Source of the DNA: a virus
IMG/VR virus record: IMGVR_UViG_3300027513_000010
Direction: 5' to 3' (one strand)
Length of the DNA: 64,000 bases
Shown: one piece after another, positions 18,188-26,489 of the stretch
Numbering within the stretch: the stretch's first letter is position 1
How the letters are laid out: each line of letters begins with the position of its first letter
Notes under the pieces: generated by a model
Told to the model about the DNA's origin: nothing
Database searches by the model: none
Seen by the model: only the letters and a program-made list of their open reading frames with translations
Program-made: the position numbers and the translations under genes

Positions 18188-18394
18188 ACCGAGACCCGTA
18201 GGTATCGGTGGATCGCACCAACGAACCATGCCGTTCCCGAACCTTACCCAAGGGCGGCGGGAATGCAAACCGATTACTCTGCTCCGGCCCGTCCCTTGGC
18301 ACAAGTGATCCTCCCCGGAATCCCCTGGCCGGGACGGGCTAACTTTCAAAACTGCACAGGGCATCCTCGATTCACATGGTTGGCGGCTCGGTGC
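18188..18394 (-). ncRNA. Candidate structured ncRNA or riboregulator (about 210 nt)
   Basis: Nested stems GCACCGA/TTGGTGC, AACCATG/CATGGTT, GCCCGTCCC/GGGACGGGC, TTCCCG/CGGGAA, CACCGA/TCGGTG; no convincing ORF. Confidence 0.5.
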
Positions 18395-18398
18395 AAAG

Positions 18399-18430
18399 AG
18401 AAACCCCCGCCCTCTCGGACGGGGGTTTCT
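18399..18430. terminator. Hairpin, probable terminator
   Basis: AGAAACCCCCG/CGGGGGTTTCT. Confidence 0.6.
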
Positions 18431-18464
18431 CCCTTCTGCCTCCCAAGGCCACCGTTCAAAAATC

Positions 18465-18563
18465 CTACTTGCTCCTGGGTGGCTGCGGAGGCCAGGGCCA
18501 GAGCCACGCCACGAGTAGCAGGACGACAATCTCAGTGGCGAGCCAAATCGTGAAGATGCTCAA
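18465..18563 (-). CDS. Small membrane peptide (32 aa)
   Basis: TTG overlaps the upstream TGA; SIFTIWLATEIVVLLVAWLWPWPP. Confidence 0.45.
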   Translation of the reverse strand: MSIFTIWLATEIVVLLLVAWLWPWPPQPPRSK

Positions 18564-18829
18564 CCAGCGTGAGCCAACTCGGGCGCTGGCCGGAGAACAG
18601 CGAGTGGGTTGGGGAGACAGTCAGCGCAGCACTGTGGTCGGTATCCATTGGCGAGAGTTGCCAGCGCCTCGTTGTCGGCAAGCAAGTAAGCGACGAAAAG
18701 CCACTCGGGAATATCGATGAGCCACTGTGTGGGGCTGAGGTCTTCGGTGGCGGGAAGATGGCCGCACCCCTCCCGATGCCACATCGGGGCAGACAGCGTC
18801 CATGACCAACGATTCAGTAGATACTTCAT
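18560..18829 (-). CDS. Hypothetical protein with Cys/His motifs
   Basis: GAGG RBS; WHREGCGHL...CCADC. Confidence 0.6.
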   Translation of the reverse strand: MKYLLNRWSWTLSAPMWHREGCGHLPATEDLSPTQWLIDIPEWLFVAYLLADNEALATLANGYRPQCCADCLPNPLAVLRPAPELAHAG

Positions 18830-19117
18830 CTCGTCCTCTCTCTAGGTCTCGGGTCTGGCGGGAGATTATCACAGTGTAGTAAACGAAGACAGCCCGGCCC
18901 CTGGTCTTCCCGGTCTCGTACTCCGGCTCTTCACTGAGCCTTTGTTCCGACCGAGGCACATCAGGGCCGGGCCAAGTCTTTGAGACAACACGGCGGCTCT
19001 TGGTCATCCTGTGGCGGCTCTTCCTACCGGCTCATAATCCGGCGGTACAAGCGGATTGGTGCGTAGACCGCTCCTGGGCACCACAGGGCACGATAAGCCT
19101 TTTACCCCCCTCGGCCT

Positions 19118-19387
19118 TTGCTGCTTCGGGGCGTGCCGCTGTCTCCCATTCCTATTATGCGTGAGACAATACCTGAGTGGGGCAGGGAGTCAATGTCGGG
19201 CCGTGAAATGCTCCTGCTCGGGTGTGCCACCCTCGCCCTGATCGGGCTGCTCTGGCTCTCGATTCTCGATGCGCCATCCGAGCCTCGTGGCTCGGTGGTC
19301 TCCTGTCTCACCATCCCCGATGCTTTTCACGGCAACACCATTCCTCATACTCAAGCCGCTTCCTGTGCGGATACCCTGGCACCATGA
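19118..19387 (+). CDS. Small membrane protein (start uncertain)
   Basis: TM segment LLLGCATLALIGLLWLSIL; ATGA overlap with the next gene. Confidence 0.5.
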   Translation: MLLRGVPLSPIPIMRETIPEWGRESMSGREMLLLGCATLALIGLLWLSILDAPSEPRGSVVSCLTIPDAFHGNTIPHTQAASCADTLAP

Positions 19388-19680
19388 GCGTCGAGCTTTT
19401 TGAAAGCGAGGCCCGGCAAGTCATCCGGCTCCTGGCCTCGGGCAACCATCGCCGGTTCACCGTGCTCTCGGTTCTCGGGCGCATCCCCTCGGACAACCCT
19501 TTTGAAAGTGAAGATGAGGCGGTGAGCTTCCTCTTCGACATCATGCGGGACGAGGCTCGGGTCGGAACCATCGCTCCGATCCTGCCACCGGGATACAACC
19601 CCGAGACCGACCCGCTCTACCAGCCGCCCCGAGTCCAGCTTTGGAACAACCCCTACCGATGCTGCGGGCAAGTGGCGTGA
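19384..19680 (+). CDS. Hypothetical protein
   Basis: MSVELFESEARQ..., 98 aa. Confidence 0.55.
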   Translation: MSVELFESEARQVIRLLASGNHRRFTVLSVLGRIPSDNPFESEDEAVSFLFDIMRDEARVGTIAPILPPGYNPETDPLYQPPRVQLWNNPYRCCGQVA

Positions 19681-19832
19681 TCTGGCTCACCTATTTCAAT
19701 AGCGACGATGGGGTGTGGCTGGAATGCGATTGTGGTTGGAGCCACAACCTCGGTTTCAAAACCACTCCCAATCAAGCGGTGGTCATTGCCAACAACCATC
19801 TCACCAGCGATGCTCACCGCTCGGGCACATAG
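19677..19832 (+). CDS. Small Zn-binding-like protein
   Basis: GTGA overlap; WLECDCGWSH...NHL. Confidence 0.5.
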   Translation: MIWLTYFNSDDGVWLECDCGWSHNLGFKTTPNQAVVIANNHLTSDAHRSGT

Positions 19833-19837
19833 AAAAA

Positions 19838-19859
19838 GGGAGCCGATTGCTCGGCTCCC
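19838..19859. terminator. Bidirectional terminator
   Basis: GGGAGCCGA/TCGGCTCCC flanked by A and T tracts, between convergent genes. Confidence 0.75.
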
Positions 19860-19885
19860 CTTTCCTGTCGTTGGCGGCAGTGGCT

Positions 19886-20401
19886 TTAGAGACCGGTCTG
19901 AGCTACCCCGTAGGCGGCTTGCTCGGGAGTGAATCCCTCAAACTCCAATTGGTCTCGGAGTTCCCCGGCTGAGAAGGACGAGAAGTCCAAGTAGGACTCG
20001 GCGGATTTGTACGCCTGCTCGTTCCAATCGACGTTGAGATAGTCCACGGCGAAGGTGGCGTCGGCGGTTGAGTAATCCTCAAACTCCAACTGACCGATCA
20101 GGCCGGAGCGAGAGAAGGCGGTGAAGCTCAAGTAGGACTCGGCGCTTGCAACTGCGTTCTCCTGGCTGCGGGTCATGGTCGGGGCCGGAGCCTCGGTCAC
20201 GACGGGAGCGGTCGGTGCCGGAGCCTCGGTCGCAACCGTGGTGCCGGTGGTATCGGCTACGGCGGGAGCATCGTTGCCTCCGCTATTGGCGATGATCGCG
20301 ATGAACGCAATCGCCAGGACGTAGACCCACACTCGCTTGTAGATGGGTTTCTTGGTCTTGGCTTCGGTGGGAGCCACCGGAGCCTTTGTGTCTGAAGTCA
20401 T
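19886..20401 (-). CDS. Ltp-family superinfection-exclusion protein
   Basis: KKPIYKRVWVY, TM helix, two repeats SQENAVASAESYL...FSRSGLIGQLEFEDYSTADATFAV / AESYL...FSAGELRDQLEFEGFTPEQAAYGV; start at ATG 20401. Confidence 0.9.
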   Translation of the reverse strand: MTSDTKAPVAPTEAKTKKPIYKRVWVYVLAIAFIAIIANSGGNDAPAVADTTGTTVATEAPAPTAPVVTEAPAPTMTRSQENAVASAESYLSFTAFSRSGLIGQLEFEDYSTADATFAVDYLNVDWNEQAYKSAESYLDFSSFSAGELRDQLEFEGFTPEQAAYGVAQTGL

Positions 20402-20423
20402 GTCTGACCCCTTTCTTGTATGG

Positions 20424-20541
20424 AGCGAAGGCTCTGAGCGCCGCCTGGTCGCACCCACCGGCTTGCATCGGCTGCGAGAAAGAAAGGTAAGAACCCGCAA
20501 CTCGCACTCCCCACAACCAGGCGGCTTTCAGAGCCTTCGCT
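20424..20541 (-). ncRNA. Long-stem structured RNA immediately upstream of the Ltp RBS
   Basis: Perfect 14-bp AGCGAAGGCTCTGA/TCAGAGCCTTCGCT, 10-bp GCCGCCTGGT/ACCAGGCGGC, inner TGCGAG/CTCGCA. Confidence 0.6.
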
Positions 20542-20677
20542 GTGTGGGATCAATTATCGACGGCTGTAATTCAAACTTGAATGGTTCTTCAGACCTATCA
20601 AAGAAATCACTCCGTTTCTGGCCCCGCTCGCGACATAGTCACTGACCCCCGGTCGGGAGAAGGCCAACGCCACCCGG

Positions 20678-20693
20678 TTTAGCTATAGCTAAA
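20678..20693. promoter_or_regulatory. Perfect 16-bp palindrome, candidate operator
   Basis: TTTAGCTATAGCTAAA in the intergenic region upstream of the Ltp leader. Confidence 0.45.
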
Positions 20694-20723
20694 GCGGATA
20701 CAGGATGCTCTGATCGCCACGCT

Positions 20724-21008
20724 TCACCGGGGGTCTCCCTTGCCCACCGAGAATCCGTTACCTTCCAATGCGTCGAAGACCGATGCGATAGCCGCCTCGT
20801 GATGGATTCGATCCCGGTCGGTGAGCGGGCCTGCGCGCACGGTTCGATTCGATCCACCGTCAAAGACTCGGCACCTTGATATGTGGTGAGTCTGCACCAG
20901 GGCATCCAACTCGGACTGCGTCACCCGTCCTTGCGTGACGATCCAGACATGGCCTGCCCCGGTGTGAGTCTCCGAGCAATGCGGGCATTCAGTGGGCGGT
21001 GTCTTCAT
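20724..21008 (-). CDS. Hypothetical protein with CPHC motif
   Basis: ATG 21008, MKTPPTECPHC...HISRCR. Confidence 0.55.
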   Translation of the reverse strand: MKTPPTECPHCSETHTGAGHVWIVTQGRVTQSELDALVQTHHISRCRVFDGGSNRTVRAGPLTDRDRIHHEAAIASVFDALEGNGFSVGKGDPR

Positions 21009-21127
21009 ATCAGCCGGATCAGCCATCCGATAGCCATGAGCACTGAGACCACGACAAAGACACACCAGGCCAAGGCGAGCGTGACCCCGACAAACTGAGC
21101 GGTGCTGAGGTCGTCAAGCCATCTCAT
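21005..21127 (-). CDS. Small membrane peptide (40 aa)
   Basis: ATGA overlaps at both ends; hydrophobic core. Confidence 0.55.
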   Translation of the reverse strand: MRWLDDLSTAQFVGVTLALAWCVFVVVSVLMAIGWLIRLI

Positions 21128-21375
21128 CGATTCCCCCACAGAACCTCGGCTGCGCTCAAGGTCAACTCGGGGCCGAACTCGGCGAGCGCTTCCTTCTGAG
21201 CGGTGTCGATCAGGATGGCGACTTGGATCGCCTCGTCCTCACCAACTCCCAACTCATCGATGAGGACATTGGCGGTGGCGGCGAGCGTGGCTATCTGGAA
21301 GTCGGGAACCTCTCGCTCGTCGTGCCATTGCTGGTGTCGGTCTCTCGGCCCCGAGCCGTCGTCAACGACCGGCAT
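21124..21375 (-). CDS. Hypothetical protein
   Basis: MPVVDDG..., 83 aa. Confidence 0.55.
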   Translation of the reverse strand: MPVVDDGSGPRDRHQQWHDEREVPDFQIATLAATANVLIDELGVGEDEAIQVAILIDTAQKEALAEFGPELTLSAAEVLWGNR

Positions 21376-21661
21376 CGTCGTCGTCCGGTGTGTCGTCGTC
21401 CGGCCACAGCGAGTCAAGCGATGCCTTTACCTCGGGGGTGTGGGGGAGGCTGTAGAGAAGCTCGGCAGCTTGGTCTTCGATCTTGGAGGCAAGCCCCTGG
21501 ATGGTGCGTACCCGCTCCCGGTTGGCCCACTCGATCCCGGCAGTCAAGTTGAGCGATTGGGCCTCGGCCTGCATCTCAAGGGCGGTGCGGGCGGTGACGT
21601 AGCCGAAGAACGCCAGTGGGTCGGGGGATTGGATCGGGTCTCGGTCTGGCTGGTCTGACAT
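21362..21661 (-). CDS. Hypothetical protein
   Basis: GGAGG RBS; 99 aa. Confidence 0.6.
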   Translation of the reverse strand: MSDQPDRDPIQSPDPLAFFGYVTARTALEMQAEAQSLNLTAGIEWANRERVRTIQGLASKIEDQAAELLYSLPHTPEVKASLDSLWPDDDTPDDDDAGR

Positions 21662-21739
21662 GTGAGCCTCCTAGAGTCTCAGTCGGGCGACCTCGGGGTG
21701 AGTCCGCTGGAAGCGAGCCTAGTTGGGTAAGGGGCCGGA

Positions 21740-21853
21740 ATGCTCGATGACCTCGATCCCTGGATCGTGCTTCTGATCGGAGTCTTTGTCGGGGCCAACC
21801 TCGGCGTGCTCGTCGCCTCGCTGCTCTTCGCGGCGAGACACGACGATGAATGA
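21740..21853 (+). CDS. Small membrane peptide (37 aa)
   Basis: MLDDLDPWIVLLIGVFVGANLGVLVASLLFAAR. Confidence 0.5.
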   Translation: MLDDLDPWIVLLIGVFVGANLGVLVASLLFAARHDDE

Positions 21854-21856
21854 GCC

Positions 21857-21940
21857 TTGGAACTCATTGGTCTGATCCTCTTCTGCGCTGGGCTGGTCGG
21901 CATGATCCTGTACGTGCTTTCAAAAACAAAGGGCGGGTAG
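21857..21940 (+). CDS. Small membrane peptide (27 aa)
   Basis: TTG start, ELIGLILFCAGLVGMILYVLSKTKGG. Confidence 0.4.
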   Translation: MELIGLILFCAGLVGMILYVLSKTKGG

Positions 21941-21956
21941 GGAGCCGGGCCTCGGG

Positions 21957-21976
21957 CTGCGCGATATATCGCGCAG
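21957..21976. repeat. Perfect 20-bp palindrome
   Basis: CTGCGCGATATATCGCGCAG. Confidence 0.8.
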
Positions 21977-21987
21977 AGGCGCGAAAA

Positions 21988-22123
21988 GTCTTGGTCTGAT
22001 TGACGGTTCTCGGGGGGTCTCGTCGGCCTAGAGTCGTCGGACTGGCCCGGTTCGTTTGCTCTGGCCTTCTGTGGTGGGAGGCCTGGAAGTGGGGCGAACG
22101 ACCGGGCCGGGCTTTCCCAAGAC
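21988..22123 (+). ncRNA. Structured leader or ncRNA upstream of ORF 22150
   Basis: GTCTTGG/CCAAGAC, GGCCCGGTTCGTT/AACGACCGGGCC, GGCCTTCT/GGGAGGCC. Confidence 0.45.
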
Positions 22124-22149
22124 CGACCGAGACACCGGAGGCATTGTCG

Positions 22150-22437
22150 ATGATCCTTCCCCCCGAGCTTGCTGAAGCCGTAGACCAACTGCGGGAAGTG
22201 CGGGCGAACAAACGGGCCATCGAACGAACCGAGAAGGTGCTCCGAGACCGCCTGCTCCAATATCTGGAAGGCGCTGGTGAGACCGAAGGCTTGCTGGCCT
22301 CGGGTGCGGTCGGCGTATCCATCAATCGCTACGAGCGAACCTCGATCAATCGTGCTCGCTTGGAAGCGCTGTACCCGGAAATTTTTGAGGAATGCCTGAC
22401 CAGCGCAACCGTGACCGTGCTCAATCTGCCCGACTGA
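22150..22437 (+). CDS. Small coiled-coil protein, Gam/gp157-like in character
   Basis: GGAGG RBS; QLREVRANKRAIERTEKVLRDRLL...SINRARLEALYPEIFEECL. Confidence 0.6.
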   Translation: MILPPELAEAVDQLREVRANKRAIERTEKVLRDRLLQYLEGAGETEGLLASGAVGVSINRYERTSINRARLEALYPEIFEECLTSATVTVLNLPD

Positions 22438-22525
22438 GCAACCCAATTCAAGAACAAGCCCGCCTTCGGGAGTCTGTCGAAGACGGGCCTGCCTGCTCTG
22501 TGGTGTTATTCCAACCGAGTCGGCC

Positions 22526-24982
22526 ATGTTAGACCCGCGCTCGGCCCCGGTGACGGGAGATAGGGCAGTAGAGATTGCCACCCTGCTCGATGCGGCGGTG
22601 TTCCCGCTCAAGGCCGACAAAGCCCCGGCCCTGGCCCTTGGCTGGCGGGAGGCCTCGGCCACCGACGGGCCGGGAATCAAGCGGCTGTGGGCGATGGCCG
22701 GTGGCCTGGCCTACGTCGGGGTTGACTGCGGCAAGTCGGGGCTGGTGGTCATCGACATCGATGAGCCGGAGGCAGTGCCCACCGCACTTTTGAAAGCGCT
22801 CGCCGAGAATCCCACCCTGGTCTTCAAGTCGCTGTACCGGGGCGGCGACCATCACTACTACCGGGGGTTGTTCGGGGGGAGGCCGATCCCCGGCGGCGAC
22901 ATCAAGGGGATCGGCGGCTACGTGCTCTGCTCGCTGGAACCGGAGATGGTGTCCCGGCCCATTTCCGATCTGCCTCACTCGATACGGGCTGACTTCGATC
23001 TGAAAGTCCCGATGGTGGCCCTGGACGGCAAGCCCACCGGAGACCTCACCCCGATTGACCCGGCCTCAAGGGTCGATGTCGATGAGTTTTTGAATAGCCG
23101 GGAGGGATGGCTGCACGGCTCGGAGAAAGCAGGCCAAGCCTTCCTCGACCGGGTCATAGCGGACATGCTGAACCGGATCATCGGGGCTGGCGAGCACCGG
23201 CGCATGTCGGCGATGAATGCGGTGTGGGCCGCGACCAAGGAAGTCGAAGCCGGGTTCTACGACGGATGGGCGGCTCACGATCAGATTCTTGAGCAGTACC
23301 GGGAGCAGCGGGACTCTGACCCCAACCCGGCCAAGCGCTGGAACCGCCAGCGCCAGGCTGACTACGAAACGATGTGGCAGTCGGCCATCGCCAAGATCAA
23401 GGGCGGGCAGTACGACGATCAGATCGCCGAGATGCGCCGGGACAAGCTCGGCGACGGGATGGAAGACCTCGATGCCGAAGGTGTCGAGTCAATGGATCGC
23501 TGGCTCGGCTCGGTCTCGGCGGGGCTGGCTGGAACTGAAACGGATCGAGGTCTCGATCCGGCTGATTCAAAAACGGTTTCTGAAACGCCTCCCCCCAATC
23601 CAGATGGCGAACCTGACGAGTTCGATGCGACCAGGGGGTTTCTCGGTGTGGTGCACCCGCCGAAGTATCTGGACGGCGGGATCGAATTGCCGGTGGGCCT
23701 GCGCTTGTATCGCAAGGGCGACTTGCAGGGGGAGACTCCCGAGCTTGAGCCTGCGGTGTTCGGCGGCGGGCTGGTCGGTGAGGTTTTGAAACTGCACGTC
23801 GATGCAACCGAGGCCTCGATTCCGGCCATCGGCGGCTCGCTCCTTCCCATGCTCGGAGCCTGGATTGGTCGGAACGTGGTGTGCCGGGTCTCGCCCAAGG
23901 TGCAGCACCCGGCGGTGGTGTTCTCAGCGCTGGTCGGGACTACCGCCACCGGGCGGAAGGGAACCGCGACCTCGGCGGCTCGGGACTTCATGCGCCTGCT
24001 CGACCCTGACTTCGCCATCTCCAATATCCGTGGCGGCTACGGCTCGGGCGAGATGCTGGTGCACGATTTGGCTGACCCTGAGATGGTGCTGGACAAGGTG
24101 TCCGGCTCCTGGGTGGCAAAGGGCGGCTCCGAGGATCAACGGCTCTGCATAACCGAGGGAGAGTTCAGCCGGATTCTGACCGTGATGGGTCGCCAGGCCT
24201 CGACCATGTCCCATCAGCTACGGGTGGCTTACGACCACACCGATCCGCTTTCGACCAAGGCGCTGACTACCGGCAAGGCAGTGTCCAGCGGGTATCACGT
24301 CTGTCTCACCGGGGGAATTACCCCCACCGAGCTACTGGCCGGTTTCGATCAGCTATCGGCCACCAACGGGGTTGGCAATCGCTTCCACTGGATTTGGTCG
24401 CATTCAGAGCGCTCCATGCCCGATGGTGACACCGTGCCGGTCAGCGAACTGGCGGCGTTGGCGGGGAGGATTCGGGGGGTAGCTCGCACCGGGGTTTTTG
24501 AAATGCGGCGCTCGCCGGAGGTCTCCGAACTGTGGAACGGCGGCGGTCTCTACGACCAACTCAAGGCGCTGGCAAAGCTGGACGGGATCGGAGACCTCCT
24601 GGCCCGCGCCCCTGACCAAGTAATGAGGGTGGCAGTCATTTACGCCGCCTGCGACGGAGCGGATCAGATCGAGTTGGAACACATGGCCGCGGGTGTCGCC
24701 TGGGAGCGTTACAGCCGGGTCTCGGCGTCGGCGGTGCTCTCGGGAGTGGTGGCGACCGAGCTTGGCTCCAAGGTGCTTGCCTCGATACGGAATCACCCTG
24801 GCCGGTTTGTCACCCGCAAGGAACTGTGGGCTTACCTGGGTCGGCACGGCTCGGCAACGGAGCTTTCCGCCGCTCTCGATTCCCTGGAAGCCGGTGGGCT
24901 GGTCTATCGGGTGGTGGGTGAGACCCCGCCTGGGACTCGTGGCCCCAAGCCGGAAGCGTACGTGGCGACGATGCGGGCCTAG
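22526..24982 (+). CDS. Bifunctional primase-polymerase fused to DUF3987/YfjI-like helicase
   Basis: VFPLKADKAP, GLVVIDID, GGDHHYY, DIKGIGGYV; C-terminal LVGTTATGRKGT, TEGEFSRIL, NGVGNRF. Confidence 0.85.
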   Translation: MLDPRSAPVTGDRAVEIATLLDAAVFPLKADKAPALALGWREASATDGPGIKRLWAMAGGLAYVGVDCGKSGLVVIDIDEPEAVPTALLKALAENPTLVFKSLYRGGDHHYYRGLFGGRPIPGGDIKGIGGYVLCSLEPEMVSRPISDLPHSIRADFDLKVPMVALDGKPTGDLTPIDPASRVDVDEFLNSREGWLHGSEKAGQAFLDRVIADMLNRIIGAGEHRRMSAMNAVWAATKEVEAGFYDGWAAHDQILEQYREQRDSDPNPAKRWNRQRQADYETMWQSAIAKIKGGQYDDQIAEMRRDKLGDGMEDLDAEGVESMDRWLGSVSAGLAGTETDRGLDPADSKTVSETPPPNPDGEPDEFDATRGFLGVVHPPKYLDGGIELPVGLRLYRKGDLQGETPELEPAVFGGGLVGEVLKLHVDATEASIPAIGGSLLPMLGAWIGRNVVCRVSPKVQHPAVVFSALVGTTATGRKGTATSAARDFMRLLDPDFAISNIRGGYGSGEMLVHDLADPEMVLDKVSGSWVAKGGSEDQRLCITEGEFSRILTVMGRQASTMSHQLRVAYDHTDPLSTKALTTGKAVSSGYHVCLTGGITPTELLAGFDQLSATNGVGNRFHWIWSHSERSMPDGDTVPVSELAALAGRIRGVARTGVFEMRRSPEVSELWNGGGLYDQLKALAKLDGIGDLLARAPDQVMRVAVIYAACDGADQIELEHMAAGVAWERYSRVSASAVLSGVVATELGSKVLASIRNHPGRFVTRKELWAYLGRHGSATELSAALDSLEAGGLVYRVVGETPPGTRGPKPEAYVATMRA

Positions 24983-25236
24983 TGCCCATCGCTCTCGTCG
25001 TAGGCGAAGCGATTGTGCAAATGGATGGTGGTGTATTCCAACAACGAAACCGCCAGTCGGTATTCGGCTCGGGTGAGTGAGTCCTCGGGGCCGTGGCTGA
25101 CCAAGACCTTCATCGCCTCAAAGGTCATGGCGAAAAGGCCTCCCTCGGGGCCGAGGTTTGGATCGAACGGAAGGCTGTGCTTCCGGCAATGGCCCTCGGC
25201 GATGTCCTGGGAGTCGCCTGCTTTCCACACGCTCAT
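24979..25236 (-). CDS. Hypothetical protein
   Basis: 85 aa with GGAG RBS, convergent with the primase. Confidence 0.5.
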   Translation of the reverse strand: MSVWKAGDSQDIAEGHCRKHSLPFDPNLGPEGGLFAMTFEAMKVLVSHGPEDSLTRAEYRLAVSLLEYTTIHLHNRFAYDESDGH

Positions 25237-25273
25237 CTGGGTCTCCTATCTGGGTGGTGTCTGAGTCTCTGAC

Positions 25274-25999
25274 GCAACGGAGCCTAATTAGTTCGCAAAG
25301 TCTTTGCGGCTCGGGCAACGGGGCGATTCTGAGGGGTTGAATTAGTTCGCAATGTGTGTTGGCTGAATTAATTAGTTCGCAGGGCACATGTCCCTGGTCG
25401 TACGTATGTTCGGGGTAGGTGCAACGGACGGAGGGGGAGAAAACCCTTATAGATACTACTAATACTTTGCGAACTAATTATAGTTTCGTGTGTAGGCCTT
25501 GAGAGGGTTTTGGGGGTGTGCCCTGCGAACTAATTCAGTTTGCTGGGAGAATCTGGTTTGCGAACTAATTGTTTGCGAACTAATTGGGTGCAACGGGGGT
25601 GTCCTGGGATTTTGGGAGACCTCCCCGCTCCGATGCCCTCCCGCAAAGGGGGTACCTGGCCTGCTCCTGGGATTTGGAAACGGGGTTTTTGAATCGCACA
25701 TCTGGTAGCTGGGGGTGACCCGGTTCAGGGTTGGGGATGCTGGCCTGGCTCGGGTGGCAACGGAGGCTCGGTTGGAGGCTCAAGCTGAGCCTCGATGACC
25801 CCTGGTTTTGGAATCCGGCTGCAACGGAGCCTCCCCCTGGTGTAGTTCCAAGGCTGTGATTGGGAACATGTGTTCGGTTGGCTGGCCTGGGCCTGCAACG
25901 GAGCCTTCCCCGCCTGCCGTTCAACCACGCCCACTGCCCAATCGAGAGGTCACTCCCGCACCCAGCCGGGTTTTCAAAACTGCCTCGTGGCTGCAACGG
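25274..25999 (+). repeat. Eight co-oriented GCAACGG repeats
   Basis: 25274, 25315, 25421, 25590, 25757, 25821, 25895, 25993; the last three are CTGCAACGGAGCC. Confidence 0.8.
25286..25585. repeat. Seven AATTAGTTCGC iterons in two opposed groups (putative origin)
   Basis: + copies at 25286, 25340, 25370; - copies at 25469, 25525, 25560, 25575, around an AT-rich core. Confidence 0.85.
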
Positions 26000-26094
26000 A
26001 GCCATTTCCTGCCTGCACACCAACCCACCCGTTGGCCGTACTCGATGTGCCCGGCCCCTGAAGACTCCGTTTTTGAAACTGGCCTGGCCTTCAG

Positions 26095-26190
26095 TCTGAC
26101 CTCAGCCTGACCTCCACCCTTCACTGCCTGACCCTGGCCTGACCCTGGCCTGACCCTGACCCCTGCCTGAACCCTGCCCTCTGACCCTCC
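26095..26190 (+). repeat. Degenerate CCTGAC(C) tandem repeats
   Basis: ctgacc/gcctgaccctg repeated about 8 times. Confidence 0.75.
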
Positions 26191-26330
26191 CCATGTATGA
26201 CATGAGGGGGTACCCCCCACCTTGCCTGGGATTTTCAAGGCCATGTAATGCAAGGGGGGTACCCCCTCCCCCTGGATTTCAGAAAAATATAAAGGCATAC
26301 CCCCCTCCCCCCGCCGGGGAAATTTCCGTC
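26191..26330. repeat. About 50-bp imperfect direct repeat containing GGGGGTACCCCC palindromes
   Basis: CCATGTA at 26191 and 26241; palindromes at 26206-26217 and 26255-26266. Confidence 0.75.
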
Positions 26331-26489
26331 CGACGAAAACGAGAAGGGGGTGGGGATACGTCGAGAAAAAACGATGGGGTCGTGGTGGGTAGCGGCACCA
26401 CCCCCTCTCAGACCGAGACCTCGCGCAAGCCCACACGCAAGCCGACCCTCTATACTGCGACACAGACCGAGACCAAGGACAATCCGACC

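Noticed and set aside
25757-25999. CTGCAACGGAGCC repeats as a mini-CRISPR array
   Set aside because: Repeats are only 7-13 bp, spacers are irregular (64-98 bp), and no cas or leader features are present
26193-26489. N-terminal extension of ORF 26193-26705
   Set aside because: It runs through the repeat and palindrome region; a later start (GTG 26490 with AAGGA, or ATG 26541) is more plausible
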